Source: Octopus vulgaris (Eukaryota). From it: a DNA stretch of 64,000 nt. The position numbers and the translations under genes are program-made. The stretch covers positions 53,630,001-53,694,000 of the forward strand of contig OX597829.1 in NCBI GenBank assembly GCA_951406725.2, in the 5' to 3' direction. The notes under the pieces are model-generated. The model saw nothing but the letters and a program-made list of their open reading frames with translations, made no database searches and was not told where the DNA came from. This document shows, piece after piece, positions 12,440 through 27,126 of the stretch; the first letter of the stretch is position 1, and every line of letters begins with the position of its first letter.

Positions 12440-13100
12440 CCATCACCATCATCATCATCATTATTAACATTTAACATCCATTTTCCATGCTGGCATGGTT
12501 TACACGGTTTGACTGGAATTGGTAAGCTGGGGAGCTGCACCAGGTTTCAGTCTGATTTGCATGTTTTCTACAGCTGGATGCCCTTTCTAACACCAACCAC
12601 TTCGAAAGTGTAATAGGTGCTTTTTATGTGCCACTGGCACAGGTGCCATTCACATGACACTGGCACAGGTGCCATTCACATGACACTGGCAATGGCCACG
12701 ACTACAATTCCACGAGTGCCATTCACATGACACTGGCAATGACCACGGCTTCAATTTCACTCGGCTTGACAATTCTTCTCAAGCACAGCATAATGCCAAC
12801 GGTCTCAGTCGCTGGTCATCAACTCCATGAGGCTCAACATTTGAAGGCCATGCTTCACCACCTTGTCCCTTGCCTCCATGAGGCCCAACATTCAAAGGTC
12901 ATGCTACTGGCAACAGCCACAATTACGATTTCATTTCACTTGTGTCATTTATATGACACCAGCAATGGCTGCGACTGCGACTTTACTTGGCCCAATGAGT
13001 CTTCTCAAGTGCAACAAACCACCAAAGGTCTCACTCAGTCACTAACCTCCAGGAGGCCCAACATTTGAAGGTCATGTTTCACCACCTCATCCCATGTCTT
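12440..13100 (-). mobile_element. degenerate RTE 3' end with local duplications
   Basis: (CAT)n tail, the conserved CAGCTGGATGCCC motif and ORF-end remnants CATGCTTCACCACC (KTWDEVVKH) present more than once. Confidence 0.7.
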
Positions 13101-13591
13101 CCACAGAGGGTGGAACTTCTTTACACAACTGCTCTCAGTTTGAAGTTTATTGGGCATTAAAAACACAAGTTTTGATTATTCTGATTATATACAGAATAAA
13201 CTTAAATTCTACAAGAGTACTTCTGGTTTTACAGTCAAATGGTATAAAGCACATGGAACTGCACAGGTGCTTTTATCTGACACCACATGGGCACTTTTAC
13301 ATGGTGTAAAAACCTTAAACTTAAAATCATGACAAAAAGCAAAAAAAAAAAAAACTAAACTAACAAAAAGCAATAATATTTAAATCCTTGTAAAACTGCA
13401 GATTTTTAATCAAACTATATGAAAGAAAAACAGTGCAGTGAGGTACAATGTCTTCAGTAACTTAATCCTTTTGCATTTTAAACCAGCCATGTCCAGCTCA
13501 AATATTCTACCTATGTTATTTTAAAATTGGTCAGATCTGGTCTCTCACATCAGCTCTACAATGCTATTATAGAAATAAACAATCATTAATC

Positions 13592-13871
13592 GTGGCCGAA
13601 GCCAGTGCCGCCTTGACTGGCTTCCGTGCCGGTGGCACGTAAAATGCACCAATCCGACCGTGGCCGATGCCAGCCTCACCTGGCACCAGTGCAGGTGGCA
13701 CGTAAAAAGCACCCACTACACTCACGGAGTGGTTGGCGTTAGGAAGGGCATCCAGCTGTAGAAACATTGCCAGATAAGACCGGAGCCTGGTGCAGCCTTC
13801 TGGCTTCCCAGATCCCCGGTCGAACCGTCCAACCCATGGTAGCATGGAGAACGGACGTTAAACGATGATGT
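13592..13871 (+). mobile_element. RTE 3'UTR fragment
   Basis: Homologous to 12150-12400, with a GAT tail. Confidence 0.85.
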
Positions 13872-14451
13872 CATTGAAATCTTACAACTACAAGATAATG
13901 TGTGATTAAATGTAAACAACGTGAATAAATAAGCATTACATTTGACAGAGAAATCTGAATGCCACAGGGTTAAAGAAATATGTATAATTTATCCACTTTA
14001 AGACTACGAAACTATCTAATAATTGCTCATTATTTATAGAAAGAGTAGAATTGAAATTTGGCCAGGAATGTGACTAGTACTTATTTTATCAACTCCTTAC
14101 TAGGATTAGGATTATCCTAATCTAAATATTTTGTAGACATTAAACTATAGAAGTTTAGTGCAACACCAGAAACAAATACCTGGCAAGCTTGTGACCAGCA
14201 GCGTCCCAGATTTCTGAATTTTCTGGTTTTCTGTGGACAGTCAAAACGCATGTTTAAAATATAAGCTAAAGCGTGAAAAGTAAAGAACTAAATTAACAGA
14301 TTCAGATTAATACATTTCTAAAGCAGGATCTGTTTGATATTTATTAATCCACTTAAATTATATCTTACTGTTCTACGTATAATGTTTTTAGGATGAAAAT
14401 TAAATGGAGAAAAGTGAAAAAATCACAATGGTTTTATTTAACAGATACTCT

Positions 14452-14858
14452 TTACTCTCTTTTACTCTTTTACTTGTTTCAGTCATTTGACTGCGGCCAT
14501 GCTGGAGCACCGCCTTTAGTCGAGCAAATCGACCCCGGGACTTATTCTCTGTAAGCCCAGTACTTATTCTATTAGTCTCTTTTGCCAAACCGCTAAGTGA
14601 CGGGGACGTAAACACACCAGCATCGTTTGTCAAGCAATGCTAGGGGGACAAACACAGACACACAAACACACACATATATATATATACATATATATGACAG
14701 GCTTCTTTCAGTTTCCGTCAACCAAATCCACTCACAAGGCATTGGTCGGCCCAGGGCTATAGCAGAAGACACTTGCCCAAGATGCCACGCAGTGGGACTG
14801 AGCCCGGAACCATGTGGTTGGTTAGCAAGCTACTTACCACACAGCCACTCCTGCACCT
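14452..14858 (-). mobile_element. full-length CORE-type tRNA SINE
   Basis: Reverse complement of the 8241/47019 family and very similar to 45588-45986. Confidence 0.88.
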
Positions 14859-15252
14859 ATGATACAGTTACAAATTAATACACTTTTAAAGCAGTGTTTG
14901 TTTAGTCATTATTCAATCCACTTAAAAAAGTGGAGAACAAACCTATTTTTGACATGCCAAATGCAAATTAACCAACTTCAAAAACAGAGTCTGTTTACTC
15001 AATATCAGGTACAGGATATTGCACAGTATATCACAGTATTTTTAGATTTCTGTAAATTCTGGATATCTGGAAGCCATTTAAGAGATCTAGAACTGTGCAT
15101 GTGGGCCATAATATTTTGAGAAATCGGTGTATTATACAATGCAGGGCTCACTATTATATAAAAATAGTTGAATTAAAATAGATAAAATTGCATTCACACT
15201 GATTCACACTGAAATTTTTAAAATCACACTGCAAGACGAATTCATATTTCAG

Positions 15253-15326
<74 letters not shown>

Positions 15327-15707
15327 AGACTTCAACATTATGGCAGGTTCAAAGGTTGGCATGTCACTAAAATACTTCTCCCTTCTCATGGGAAACATGA
15401 AGCAAAATGTTGAAATTGCACAATGCATGCAGCTAGGATATCCAACAAAGCAAAACCACTTAATAACCTAATAAGTAAAAGAGGGAAGAAGCAAATAGGG
15501 AGCAGCTATTTAGACCATATATAAGTATACATATGTATGAATGTATATGTGTGTATGTGTGTGTGTATGCGTGCATGAGCATATATATATATATATATAC
15601 TTACACACATATATATGTATATATGTGTGTGTATATATAGATAGAGAGAGAGAGAGTGAGAGAGAGAGAAAGATACATACATACATACACACGTATATAT
15701 ATGTATA

Positions 15708-15751
<44 letters not shown>

Positions 15752-15824
15752 ATAGATAGATAGATATATATAGATATATATCCACATATTTAAAAATATA
15801 TATATGTGTGTGTGTATGTGTGAA

Positions 15825-16125
15825 GGCGCAATGGCCCAGTGGTTAGGGCAGCAGACTCGCAGTCGAAGGATTGCGGTTTCGATTCCCAGATCAGTTGTTG
15901 TATGTGTTTATTGAGCAAAACACCTAAAAGCTCCATGAGGATCCAGCAGGGGTTGGTGGCAACCCCTGTTGTACTCTTTCGCCCCATCTTTCTCTCACTC
16001 TCTCTTCCTGTTTCTTGAGTAATGCTGCGATGGACTGACGTCCCGTCCAGCTGGGGGGGCACACATATGCCACAGAAACCGGGAAACCGGGCCCATGAGC
16101 CTGGCTAGGCTTGATAAGGGCAACA
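15825..16125 (+). mobile_element. tRNA-derived SINE with V-domain-like segment
   Basis: A-box TGGCCCAGTGG at 15832 and B-box GTTTCGATTCC. Internal CTGCGATGGACTGACGTCCCGTCCAG resembles the V-SINE domain. Confidence 0.65.
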
Positions 16126-16245
16126 TGTATCGTTTTATATATATATATGACCATTTGTAGCAGTACATAAATCCATAAAGCTAAACCTCTAATGTGCAAG
16201 GAAACAGGGTAATCCCATATATATGTGTGTGCGTGTGTGTGTATA

Positions 16246-17110
16246 TATACGCGATGGATAAATGGTCGCCATTTCATATTTTTAATTTCGCATATGCATA
16301 TTGTTTGTTTTTGATTTTGTCAACAACACAGTATAGTAGGGTCTGTTGGGCACTGTCTGTGATAAAAACAGCACCACGATGCAATTCACTCTGCCAGAAA
16401 TTTGGAAAGAACATGCTGTACTGCTTTGCATTAGTGCCAGAAGCTCCAATACGAACATTGCAGAGTGTTTGGGTGTCAATCTGTGGACAGTGCAATCTGA
16501 AGACATGTACCGAGAGTGGTAAAAATCAAATATCCAGTGAGCATCATGGTGTTTGGAGTGATCACTAACGATGGTCCATTCATCTTCCCATACAGTCTCA
16601 AACTCAACTCGGAGGCCTACATCAAGTACCTGGAGGAGGTACTACTGCCCTGGGTCAAGTGGGCGGCTGCTGGAAGACCCCATGTCTGGCAACAGGGCTC
16701 TGCACCATGCCACACAAACAGGAGAACTTAGTCATGGCTGTTAGACAATTTTGGTGACCACATCACCCCTAACATCTGGCCGCCTAACTCCCCAGATTGT
16801 ATCCCTTTTGATTATTATGTGTTGGGTAAGAGACCAACAAAACTAGTAACACCAAAAAGATGAACTGAAGGCAAGTATTATGGCAGCATTCACCAACTTA
16901 AACAAGGAGACCATCCAGAAGAGTTGCAGGAAATTCTGAAGTCGTCTGGAGGCCATGGTTAAAGCCAATGGCGATTTTATTGAATAAATTTACAGTTTGG
17001 TATTTCAAGATATTTTTATGTAATTTTGGTAAATATATCTGTTAAAATGAAATGTCAGTGTTATTTTCATTTTTGTGTGATTTAGATGACAGTTTATTTA
17101 CTGCACCTAG
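16246..17110 (+). mobile_element. DD37D (maT-family) Tc1/mariner transposon remnant, internally deleted
   Basis: Reads SIMVFGVITNDG...EEVLLPWVK...WQQ(G)SAPCH...WPPNSPDCIPFDYYV, with exactly 37 aa between the mutated second D and the third D. Degenerate TIR-like ends at ~16246-16275 and ~17081-17110. Confidence 0.82.
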
Positions 17111-17339
17111 ATTGTTTATGTTTCTAAAGAGATTACAGCAATTGTTTTAATGCTACAGTGCATCTTCCTCAACTTAAATATATATAAACATTTATATATT
17201 TCCAAAAATGAGTTTAAAGGGACACAATATCTTGGCGGTTTCAGTATTTCCTCTCAAGTCAGTTTCAGATACTGGCTAACCACAGCAGTTTTTCTGTGGT
17301 ATCCAAGCTAGTAATAAGTTGCTAGACTCTGGTAATACC

Positions 17340-17611
17340 TCTCCCACAGGTTCCCTCAACTGCTAGGGTGTGGCACTTTTTCACACAACTATCCTCATCC
17401 ATTCTTGCCACATGACCATACCAGCGCAATCGTCTCTCTTGCACACCACAACTGATGCTTCTTAGGTCCAACTTTTCTCTGTCGAGTATGAACACTGACA
17501 TAACACATCCATCGGAGCATACTGGCTTTATTTCTTGCGAGCTTACGCATATCCTCAGCAGTCACAGCCCATGTTTCACTACCATGTAGCATGGCTGTTC
17601 GTACACATGCG

Positions 17612-17615
<4 letters not shown>
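17340..17615 (-). mobile_element. RTE ORF2 C-terminal fragment
   Basis: YDACVRTAMLHGSETWAVTAEDMRKLARN, near-identical to 29290-29580. Confidence 0.9.
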
Positions 17616-17642
<27 letters not shown>

Positions 17643-17648
<6 letters not shown>

Positions 17649-18449
17649 GGTGTGGCTGTGTGGTAAGAAGATTGCTTCCCAGCCAAATGGCTCCAGATTC
17701 AGTACCACTGCGTGACACCTTGGTTAATTGTCTTCAGCTGTAGCGCCTGTTCAACCAAAGCCTTGTGAGTGGATTCGGTGGATGGAAACTGAAAGAAGCT
17801 CATCATGCATATACATATATGCAGTACTGGATTAACCATTAAGCAAAATAAGCACGTGCTTGGGGCCTCAAAGGAAGGCGGGGGCACCACAGAAATAGTA
17901 AATGGTTTACAGCACAAAAGAAATCACTTTAAACTTGCTAAAGTAATATTTGGGATTCCTTTATCTCTACTAAATAATAGATGCAGGTGTTTTACCTGAG
18001 ATTAATTTTGAGGATCTGATCAAAGACTTTGCAATTCAAAAATAGAAGAGGAAACTTCTCAAATATAAATAAAGTCGCAGTATACAAAAATAAACATTTT
18101 TTCCCTCTTTTTTTTTTGTTTTGTTTTGAAAAATAAAGATTTATTTCATGGTTTGTTATTGTTTATACTTTAAATTCCATAATCTTTTATGGGGCACCCA
18201 AAGGACCTCAATGGGTGTTAATCTGGCCCTATATGCATGTATTATTTTTTTTGTGTGTGTGTGCCTGTGTTTGTCCCCCTACCATTGCTTGACAACGGAT
18301 GTTGGTGCATTTACATTCCTGTAACTTAGCAATTCAGTCAAGGTGCCTGATAAGTACTAGGCTTACAAAGAATAAGTCCTGGGGTCGATTTGTTCAGCTA
18401 AAGGATCGCTGTAGTCAAATGACTGAAACAAGTAAAAAAATAAAAGAAC
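17643..18449 (+). mobile_element. CORE-type SINE split by a hAT-like non-autonomous insert (17822-18231)
   Basis: SINE head at 17643-17805 and tail at 18255-18449. The insert has imperfect TIRs CAGTACTGGATTAA / TTAATCTGGCCCTA. Confidence 0.65.
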
Positions 18450-18496
<47 letters not shown>

Positions 18497-20090
18497 TGTA
18501 TGTACGTACGTATGTATGTATGTATGTGTGTGTGTATGTATGTATGTATGTATGTATGTATGTATGTATGTATGTATGTATGTATGTATGTATGTATGTA
18601 TGTATGTGTGTGTATGTATGTATGTATGTATGTATGTATGTATGTATGTATGTATGTATGTATGTATGTATGTATGTATGTATGTATGTATGTATGTATG
18701 TATGTATGTATGTATGTATGTATGTATGTATGTATGTATGTATGTATGTATGTATGTATGTATGTATGTATGTATGTGTGTGTATGTATGTATGTGTGTG
18801 TGTATGTATGTATGTATGTATGTATGTATGTATGTATGTATGTATGTATGTATGTATGTATGTATGTATGTATGTATGTATGTATGTATGTATGTATGTA
18901 TGTATGTATGTATGTATGTATGTATGTATGTATGTATGTATGTATGTGTGTGTGTATGTATGTATGTATGTATGTATGTATGTATGTATGTATGTATGTA
19001 TGTATGTATGTATGTATGTATGTATGTGTGTATGTATGTATGTATGTATGTATGTATGTATGTATGTATGTATGTATGTATGTATGTATGTATGTATGTA
19101 TGTATGTATGTATGTATGTATGTATGTGTGTGTATGTATGTATGTATGTGTGTGTATGTATGTATGTATGTATGTATGTATGTATGTATGTATGTATGTA
19201 TGTGTATGTATGTATGTATGTGTGTGTATGTATGTATGTATGTATGTATGTATGTATGTATGTATGTATGTATGTATGTATGTATGTATGTATGTATGTA
19301 TGTGTGTATGTATGTATGTATGTATGTATGTATGTATGTATGTATGTATGTATGTATGTATGTATGTATGTATGTATGTGTGTGTATGTATGTATGTATG
19401 TATGTATGTATGTGTGTGTATGTATGTATGTATGTATGTATGTATGTATGTATGTATGTATGTATGTATGTATGTATGTGTGTATGTTTGTATGTATGTA
19501 TGTTTGTATTTATGTATGTATGTATGTATGTATGTATGTATGTATGTATGTATGTATGTATGTATGTATGTATGTATGTGTGTGTGTATGTTTGTATGTA
19601 TGTATGTATGTATGTATGTATGTATGTATGTATGTATGTATGTATGTATGTATGTATGTGTATGTATGTATGTATGTATGTATGTATGTATGTATGTATG
19701 TATGTGTGTATGTTTGTATGTATGTATGTATGTATGTATGTATGTATGTATGTATGATGTATGTATGTATGTATGTATGTATGTATGTATGTATGTATGT
19801 ATGTATGTATGTGTGTATGTATGTATGTATGTATGTGTGTGTATGTATGTATGTATGTATGTATGTATGTATGTATGTGTGTGTATGTTTGTATGTATGT
19901 ATGTATGTATGTATGTATGTATGTATGATGTATGTATGTATGTATGTATGTATGTATGTATGTATGTATGTATGTATGTATGTATGTATGTGTGTATGTA
20001 TGTATGTATGTATGTGTGTGTATGTATGTATGTATGTATGTATGTATGTATGTATGTATGTATGCATGCATGTATGTATGTATGTATGTA

Positions 20091-20121
<31 letters not shown>

Positions 20122-20315
20122 ATGTTTGTATGTATGTATGTATGTATGTATGTATGTATGTATGATGTATGTATGTATGTATGTATGTATGTATGTATGT
20201 ATGTATGTATGTATGTATGTGTGTATGTATGTATGTATGTATGTGTGTGTATGTATGTATGTATGTATGTATGTATGTATGTATGTATGCATGCATGTAT
20301 GTATGTATGTATGTA

Positions 20316-20346
<31 letters not shown>

Positions 20347-22285
20347 ATGTATGTATGTATGTATGTATGTATGTATGCATGCATGCATGTATGTATGTAT
20401 GTATGTATGTATGTATGTATGTATGTGTGTGCATGTATGTATGTATGTATGTATGTATGTATGTATGTATGTATGTATGTATGTATGTATGTATGTATGT
20501 ATGTATGTATGTGTGTATGTATGTATGTATGTATGTATGTATGTATGTATGTATGTATGTATGTATGTATGTATGTGTGTGTGTGTATGTTTGTATGTAT
20601 GTATGTATGTATGTATGTATGTATGTATGTATGTATGTATGTATGTATGTATGTATGTATGTATGTATGTATGTATGTATGTATGTATGTATGTATGTAT
20701 GTATGTATGTATGTATGTATGTGCGCATGTATGTATGTATGCACGCATGTATGTATGTATGTATGTATGTATGTATGTATGTATGTATGTATGTATGTAT
20801 GTATGTATGTATGTATGTATGTATGTATGTATGTATGTATGTATGTATGTATGTATGTATGTATGTATGTATGTATGTATGTATGTGTGTATGTATGTGT
20901 GTATGTATGTGTGTATGTATGTATGTATGTATGTATGTATGTATGTATGTGTGTGTGTGTATGTATGTATGTATGTATGTATGTATGTATGTATGTATGT
21001 ATGTATGTATGTATGTGTGTATGTATGTATGTGTGTATGTATGTATGTATGTATGTATGTATGTATGTATGTATGTATGTATATGTGTGTATGTATGTAT
21101 GTATGTATGTATGTATGTATGTAGGTATGTATGTGTGTGTGTATGTATGTATGTATGTATGTATGTATGTATGTATGTATGTGTGTGTGTATGTATGTAT
21201 GTATGTATGTATGTATGTAGGTATGTATGTATGTATGTATGTATGTATGTATGTATGTATGTATGTATGTGTGTATGTATGTATGTATGTATGTATGTAT
21301 GTATGTATGTATGTATGTATGTGTATGTATGTATGTATGTATGTATGTATGTATGTATGTATGTATGTATGTATGTATGTATGTATGTAGGTATGTATGT
21401 ATGTGTGTATGTATGTATGTATGTATGTATGTATGTATGTATGTATGTATGCATGTGTGCATGTATGTATGTATGTAGGTATGTATGTATGTGTGTATGT
21501 ATGTATGTATGTATGTATGTATGTATGTATGTATGTATGTATGTATGTGTGCATGTATGTATGTATGTATGTATGTATGTATGTATGTGTGTATGTGTGC
21601 ATGTATGTATGTATGTATGTATGTATGTGTGCATGTATGTATGTATATGTATGTATGTATGTGTGTATGTATGTATGTATGTATGTATGTATGTATGTAT
21701 GTGTGCATGTATGTATGTATGTATGTATGTATGTGTGCATGTATGTATATATGTATGTGTGTATGTGTGTATGTATGTATGTATGTATGTATGTATGTAT
21801 GTATGTGTGCATGTATGTATGTGTGTATGTATGTATGTATGTATGTATGTATGTATGTATGTATGTATGTATGTATGTATGTATGTATGTATGTATGTAT
21901 GTGTGTATGTATGTGTGTATGTATGTATGTATGTAGGTATGTATGTATGTGTGTATGTATGTATGTATGTATGTATGTATGTATGTATGTATGTATGTAT
22001 GTGTGCATGTATGTATGTATGTATGTATGTATGTATGTGTGTATGTGTGCATGTATGTATGTATGTATGTATGTATGTGTGCATGTATGTATATATGTAT
22101 GTATGTATGTGTGCATGTATGTATGTATGTATGTATGTATGTATGTATGTATGTGTGCATGTATGTATGTATGTATGTATGTGTGCATGTATGTATATAT
22201 GTATGTGTGTATGTGTGTATGTATGTATGTATGTATGTATGTATGTATGTATGTATGTATGTATGTATGTATGTATGTATGTATG

Positions 22286-22318
<33 letters not shown>

Positions 22319-22637
22319 GTGTATGTATGTATGTATGTATGTATATGCATGTATGTATGTATGTATGTATGTATGTATGTATGTATGTATGTATGTATGT
22401 ATGTATGTATGTATGTATCTATGTATGCATGCATGCATGTATGTATGTATGTATGTATGTGTGCATGTATGTATATATGTATGTGTGTATGTGTGTATGT
22501 ATGTATGTATGTATGTATGTATGTATGTATGTATGTATGTATGTATGTATGTGTATGTATGTATGTATGTATGTATGTGTGTATGTATGTATGTATGCAT
22601 GCATGTATGTATGTATGTATGTATGTATGTATGTATG

Positions 22638-22668
<31 letters not shown>

Positions 22669-24523
22669 GTGCATGTATGTATGTATGTATGTATGTATGT
22701 ATGTATGTATGTATGTATGTATGTATGTATGTATGTATGTATGTATGTATGTATGCATGCAAGCATGTATGTATGTATGTATGTATGTATGTACGTACGT
22801 ACGTATGTATGTATGTATGTATGTATGTATGTATGTGTGTATGTATGTATGTATGTATGTATGCATGCAAGCATGTATGTATGTATGTACGTACGTACGT
22901 ATGTATGTATGAATGTATGTATGTATGTATGTATGTATGTATGTATGTATGTATGTATGTATGTATGTATGTATGTATGTATGTATGTATGTATGTATGC
23001 ATGCAAGCATGTATGTATGTATGTATGTATGTATGTATGTATGTATGTACGTATGTATGTATGTATGTATGTATGTATGTATGTATGTATGTATGTATGT
23101 ATGCATGCAAGCATGTATGTATGTATGTACGTACGTATGTATGTATGTATGTATGTATGTATGTATGTATGTATGTATGTATGTATGTATGTATGTATGT
23201 ATGTATGTATGTATGTATGTATGCATGCATGCAAGCATGTATGTATGTATGTATGTATGTATGTATGTATGTATGTATGTATGTATGTATGTATGTATGT
23301 ATGTATGTATGCATGTATGTATGTATGTATGTATGTATGTATGTATGTATGTATGTATGTATGTATGTATGTATGTATGTATGTATGTATGTATGTATGT
23401 ATGTATGTATGTATGTATGCATGCAAGCATGTATGTATGTATGTACGTACGTATGTATGTATGTATGTATGTATGTATGTATGTATGTATGTATGTATGT
23501 ATGTATGTATGTATGTATGTATGTATGTATGTATGTATGCATGCAAGCATGTATGTATGTATGTATGTATGTATGTACGTATGTATGTATGTATGTATGT
23601 ATGTATGTATGTATGTATGTATGTATGCATGCAAGCATGTATGTATGTATGTATGTATGTATGTACGTATGTATGTATGTATGTATGTATGTATGTATGT
23701 ATGTATGTATGTATGTATGTATGTATGTATGTATGTATGTATGTATGTACGTACGTATGTATGTATGTATGTATGTATGTATGTATGTATGTATGTATGT
23801 ATGTATGTATGTATGTATGTATGTATGTATGTATGTATGTATGTATGTATGTATGTATGTATGTATGTATGTATGCATGCAAGCATGTATGTATGTATGT
23901 ATGTATGTATGTATGTATGTACGTATGTATGTATGTATGTATGTATGTATGTATGTATGTATGCATGCAAGCATGTATGTATGTATGTATGTATGTATGT
24001 ATGTATGTATGTATGTGTGCATGTATGTATGTATGTATGTATGTATGTATGTATGTGTGTATGTGTGCATGTATGTATGTATGTATGTATGTATGTGTGC
24101 ATGTATGTATATATGTATGTATGTGTGCATGTATGTATGTATGTATGTATGTATGTGTGCATGTATGTATGTATGTATGTATGTGTGCATGTATGTATAT
24201 ATGTATGTGTGTATGTGTGTATGTATGTATGTATGTATGTATGTATGTATGTATGTATGTATGTATGTATGTGTGCATGTATGTATGTATGTATGTATGT
24301 ATGTATGTATGCATGCATGCATGTATGTATGTATGTATGTATGTATGTGTGCATGTATGTATATATGTATGTGTGTATGTGTGTATGTATGTATGTATGT
24401 ATGTATGTATGTATGTATGTATGTATGTATGTATGTGTGCATGTATGTATGTATGTATGTATGTGTGTATGTATGTATGTATGTATGTATGCATGCATGT
24501 ATGTATGTGTGTATGTATGTATG

Positions 24524-24554
<31 letters not shown>

Positions 24555-24593
24555 GTGCATGTATGTATGTATGTATGTATGTATGTATGTATG

Positions 24594-24624
<31 letters not shown>

Positions 24625-25365
24625 GTATGTATGCATGCAAGCATGTATGTATGTATGTATGTATGTATGTATGTACGTATGTATGTATGTATGTATGTAT
24701 GTATGTATGTATGTATGTATGTATGTATGTATGTATGTATGCATGCAAGCATGTATGTATGTATGTACGTACGTATGTATGTATGTATGTATGTATGTAT
24801 GTATGTATGTATGTATGTATGTATGTATGTATGTATGTATGTATGTATGTATGTATGTATGTATGTATGCATGCAAGCATGTATGTATGTATGTATGTAT
24901 GTATGTATGTATGTACGTACGTATGTATGTATGTATGTATGTATGTATGTATGTATGTATGTATGTATGTATGTATGTATGCATGCAAGCATGTATGTAT
25001 GTATGTACGTACGTATGTATGTATGTATGTATGTATGTATGTATGTATGTATGTATGTATGTATGTATGTATGTATGTATGTATGTATGTATGTATGTAT
25101 GTATGTATGTATGTATGTACGTATGTATGTATGTATGTATGTATGTATGTATGTATGTATGTATGTATGTATGCATGCAAGCATGTATGTATGTATGTAT
25201 GTATGTATGTACGTACGTACGTATGTATGTATGTATGTATGTATGTATGTATGTATGTATGTATGTATGTATGTATGTATGTATGCATGCAAGCATGTAT
25301 GTATGTATGTACGTACGTATGTATGTATGTATGTATGTATGTATGTATGTATGTATGTATGTATG

Positions 25366-25399
<34 letters not shown>

Positions 25400-25693
25400 T
25401 GTATGTATGCATGCAAGCATGTATGTATGTATGTATGTATGTATGTACGTATGTATGTATGTATGTATGTATGTATGTATGTATGTATGTATGTATGTAT
25501 GCATGCAAGCATGTATGTATGTATGTATGTATGTATGTATGTATGTACGTATGTATGTATGTATGTATGTATGTATGTATGTATGTATGTATGTATGTAT
25601 GTATGTATGCATGCAAGCATGTATGTATGTATGTACGTACGTATGTATGTATGTATGTATGTATGTATGTATGTATGTATGTATGTATGTATG

Positions 25694-25727
<34 letters not shown>

Positions 25728-26762
25728 TGTATGTATGCATGCAAGCATGTATGTATGTATGTATGTACGTATGTATGTATGTATGTATGTATGTATGTAT
25801 GCATGCAAGCATGTATGTATGTATGTACGTACGTATGTATGTATGTATGTATGAATGTATGTATGTATGTATGTATGTATGTATGTATGTATGTATGTAT
25901 GTATGTATGTATGTATGTATGCATGCAAGCATGTATGTATGTATGTATGTATGTATGTATGTATGTATGCATGCAAGCATGTATGTATGTATGTATGTAT
26001 GTATGTATGTATGTATGTATGCATGCAAGCATGTATGTATGTATGTATGTATGTATGTATGTATGTATGTATGTATGTATGTATGTATGTATGCATGCAA
26101 GCATGTATGTATGTATGTATGTATGTATGTATGTATGTATGCATGCAAGCATGTATGTATGTATGTATGTATGTATGTATGTATGTATGTATGTATGCAT
26201 GCAAGCATGTATGTATGTATGTATGTATGTATGCATGCAAGCATGTATGTATGTATGTATGTATGTATGTATGTATGCATGCAAGCATGTATGTATGTAT
26301 GTATGTATGTATGTATGTATGTATGTATGCAAGCATGTATGTATGTATGTATGTATGTATGTATGTATGTATGTATGTATGTATGTATGTATGTATGTAT
26401 GCATGCAAGCATGTATGTATGTATGTATGTATGTATGTATGTATGTATGTATGCATGCAAGCATGTATGTATGTATGTATGTATGTATGTATGTATGTAT
26501 GCATGCAAGCATGTATGTATGTATGTATGTATGTATGCATGCAAGCATGTATGTATGTATGTATGTATGTATGTATGTATGCATGCAAGCATGTATGTAT
26601 GTATGTATGTATGTATGTATGTATGTATGTATGTATGTATGCATGCAAGCATGTATGTATGTATGTATGTATGTATGCATGCAAGCATGTATGTATGTAT
26701 GTATGTATGTATGTATGTATGCATGCATGCATGTATGTATGTATGTATGTATGTATGTATTA
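18450..26762. repeat. ~8.3-kb (TATG)n microsatellite array with zoned variant units
   Basis: Directly visible. Variants TGTG, TTTG, TGA, TAGG, TGCA, GCATGCAAGC and TACG cluster in zones. Confidence 0.99.
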
Positions 26763-27126
26763 TGTAATATAAAGAGAATGGAGAGTGAACACAGGAAAAT
26801 TCAATTTATTATATAACAGAGTATTTCATGTCACTTATTCACATTTCAATCTCTCACCTTCATTCACAAATTAAACAAATTCCAGGAAAATTAATTGATT
26901 AAATGGAATTAAATCAGTGTACACCTGAGTGAAATACATCCCTGTTGAAAGAGCAACTCTTTTCCATTCGAAACCTCATAAACACTCTTTATATATGCAG
27001 CTTATATATATATATATAATTCTATAATTATGAGTATACACTTGGTAAAATTATTAATTATTGATTAATTAATTAATTAATTAATTAATTTTACCCTTTA
27101 TTATTATTGATATATATATATATATA

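Noticed and set aside
18299-26816. Giant ORFs (up to 2776 aa) of MYVC/HTYI repeats
   Set aside because: Pure (TATG)n has no stop codon in any of the six frames, so the ORFs are microsatellite artefacts.
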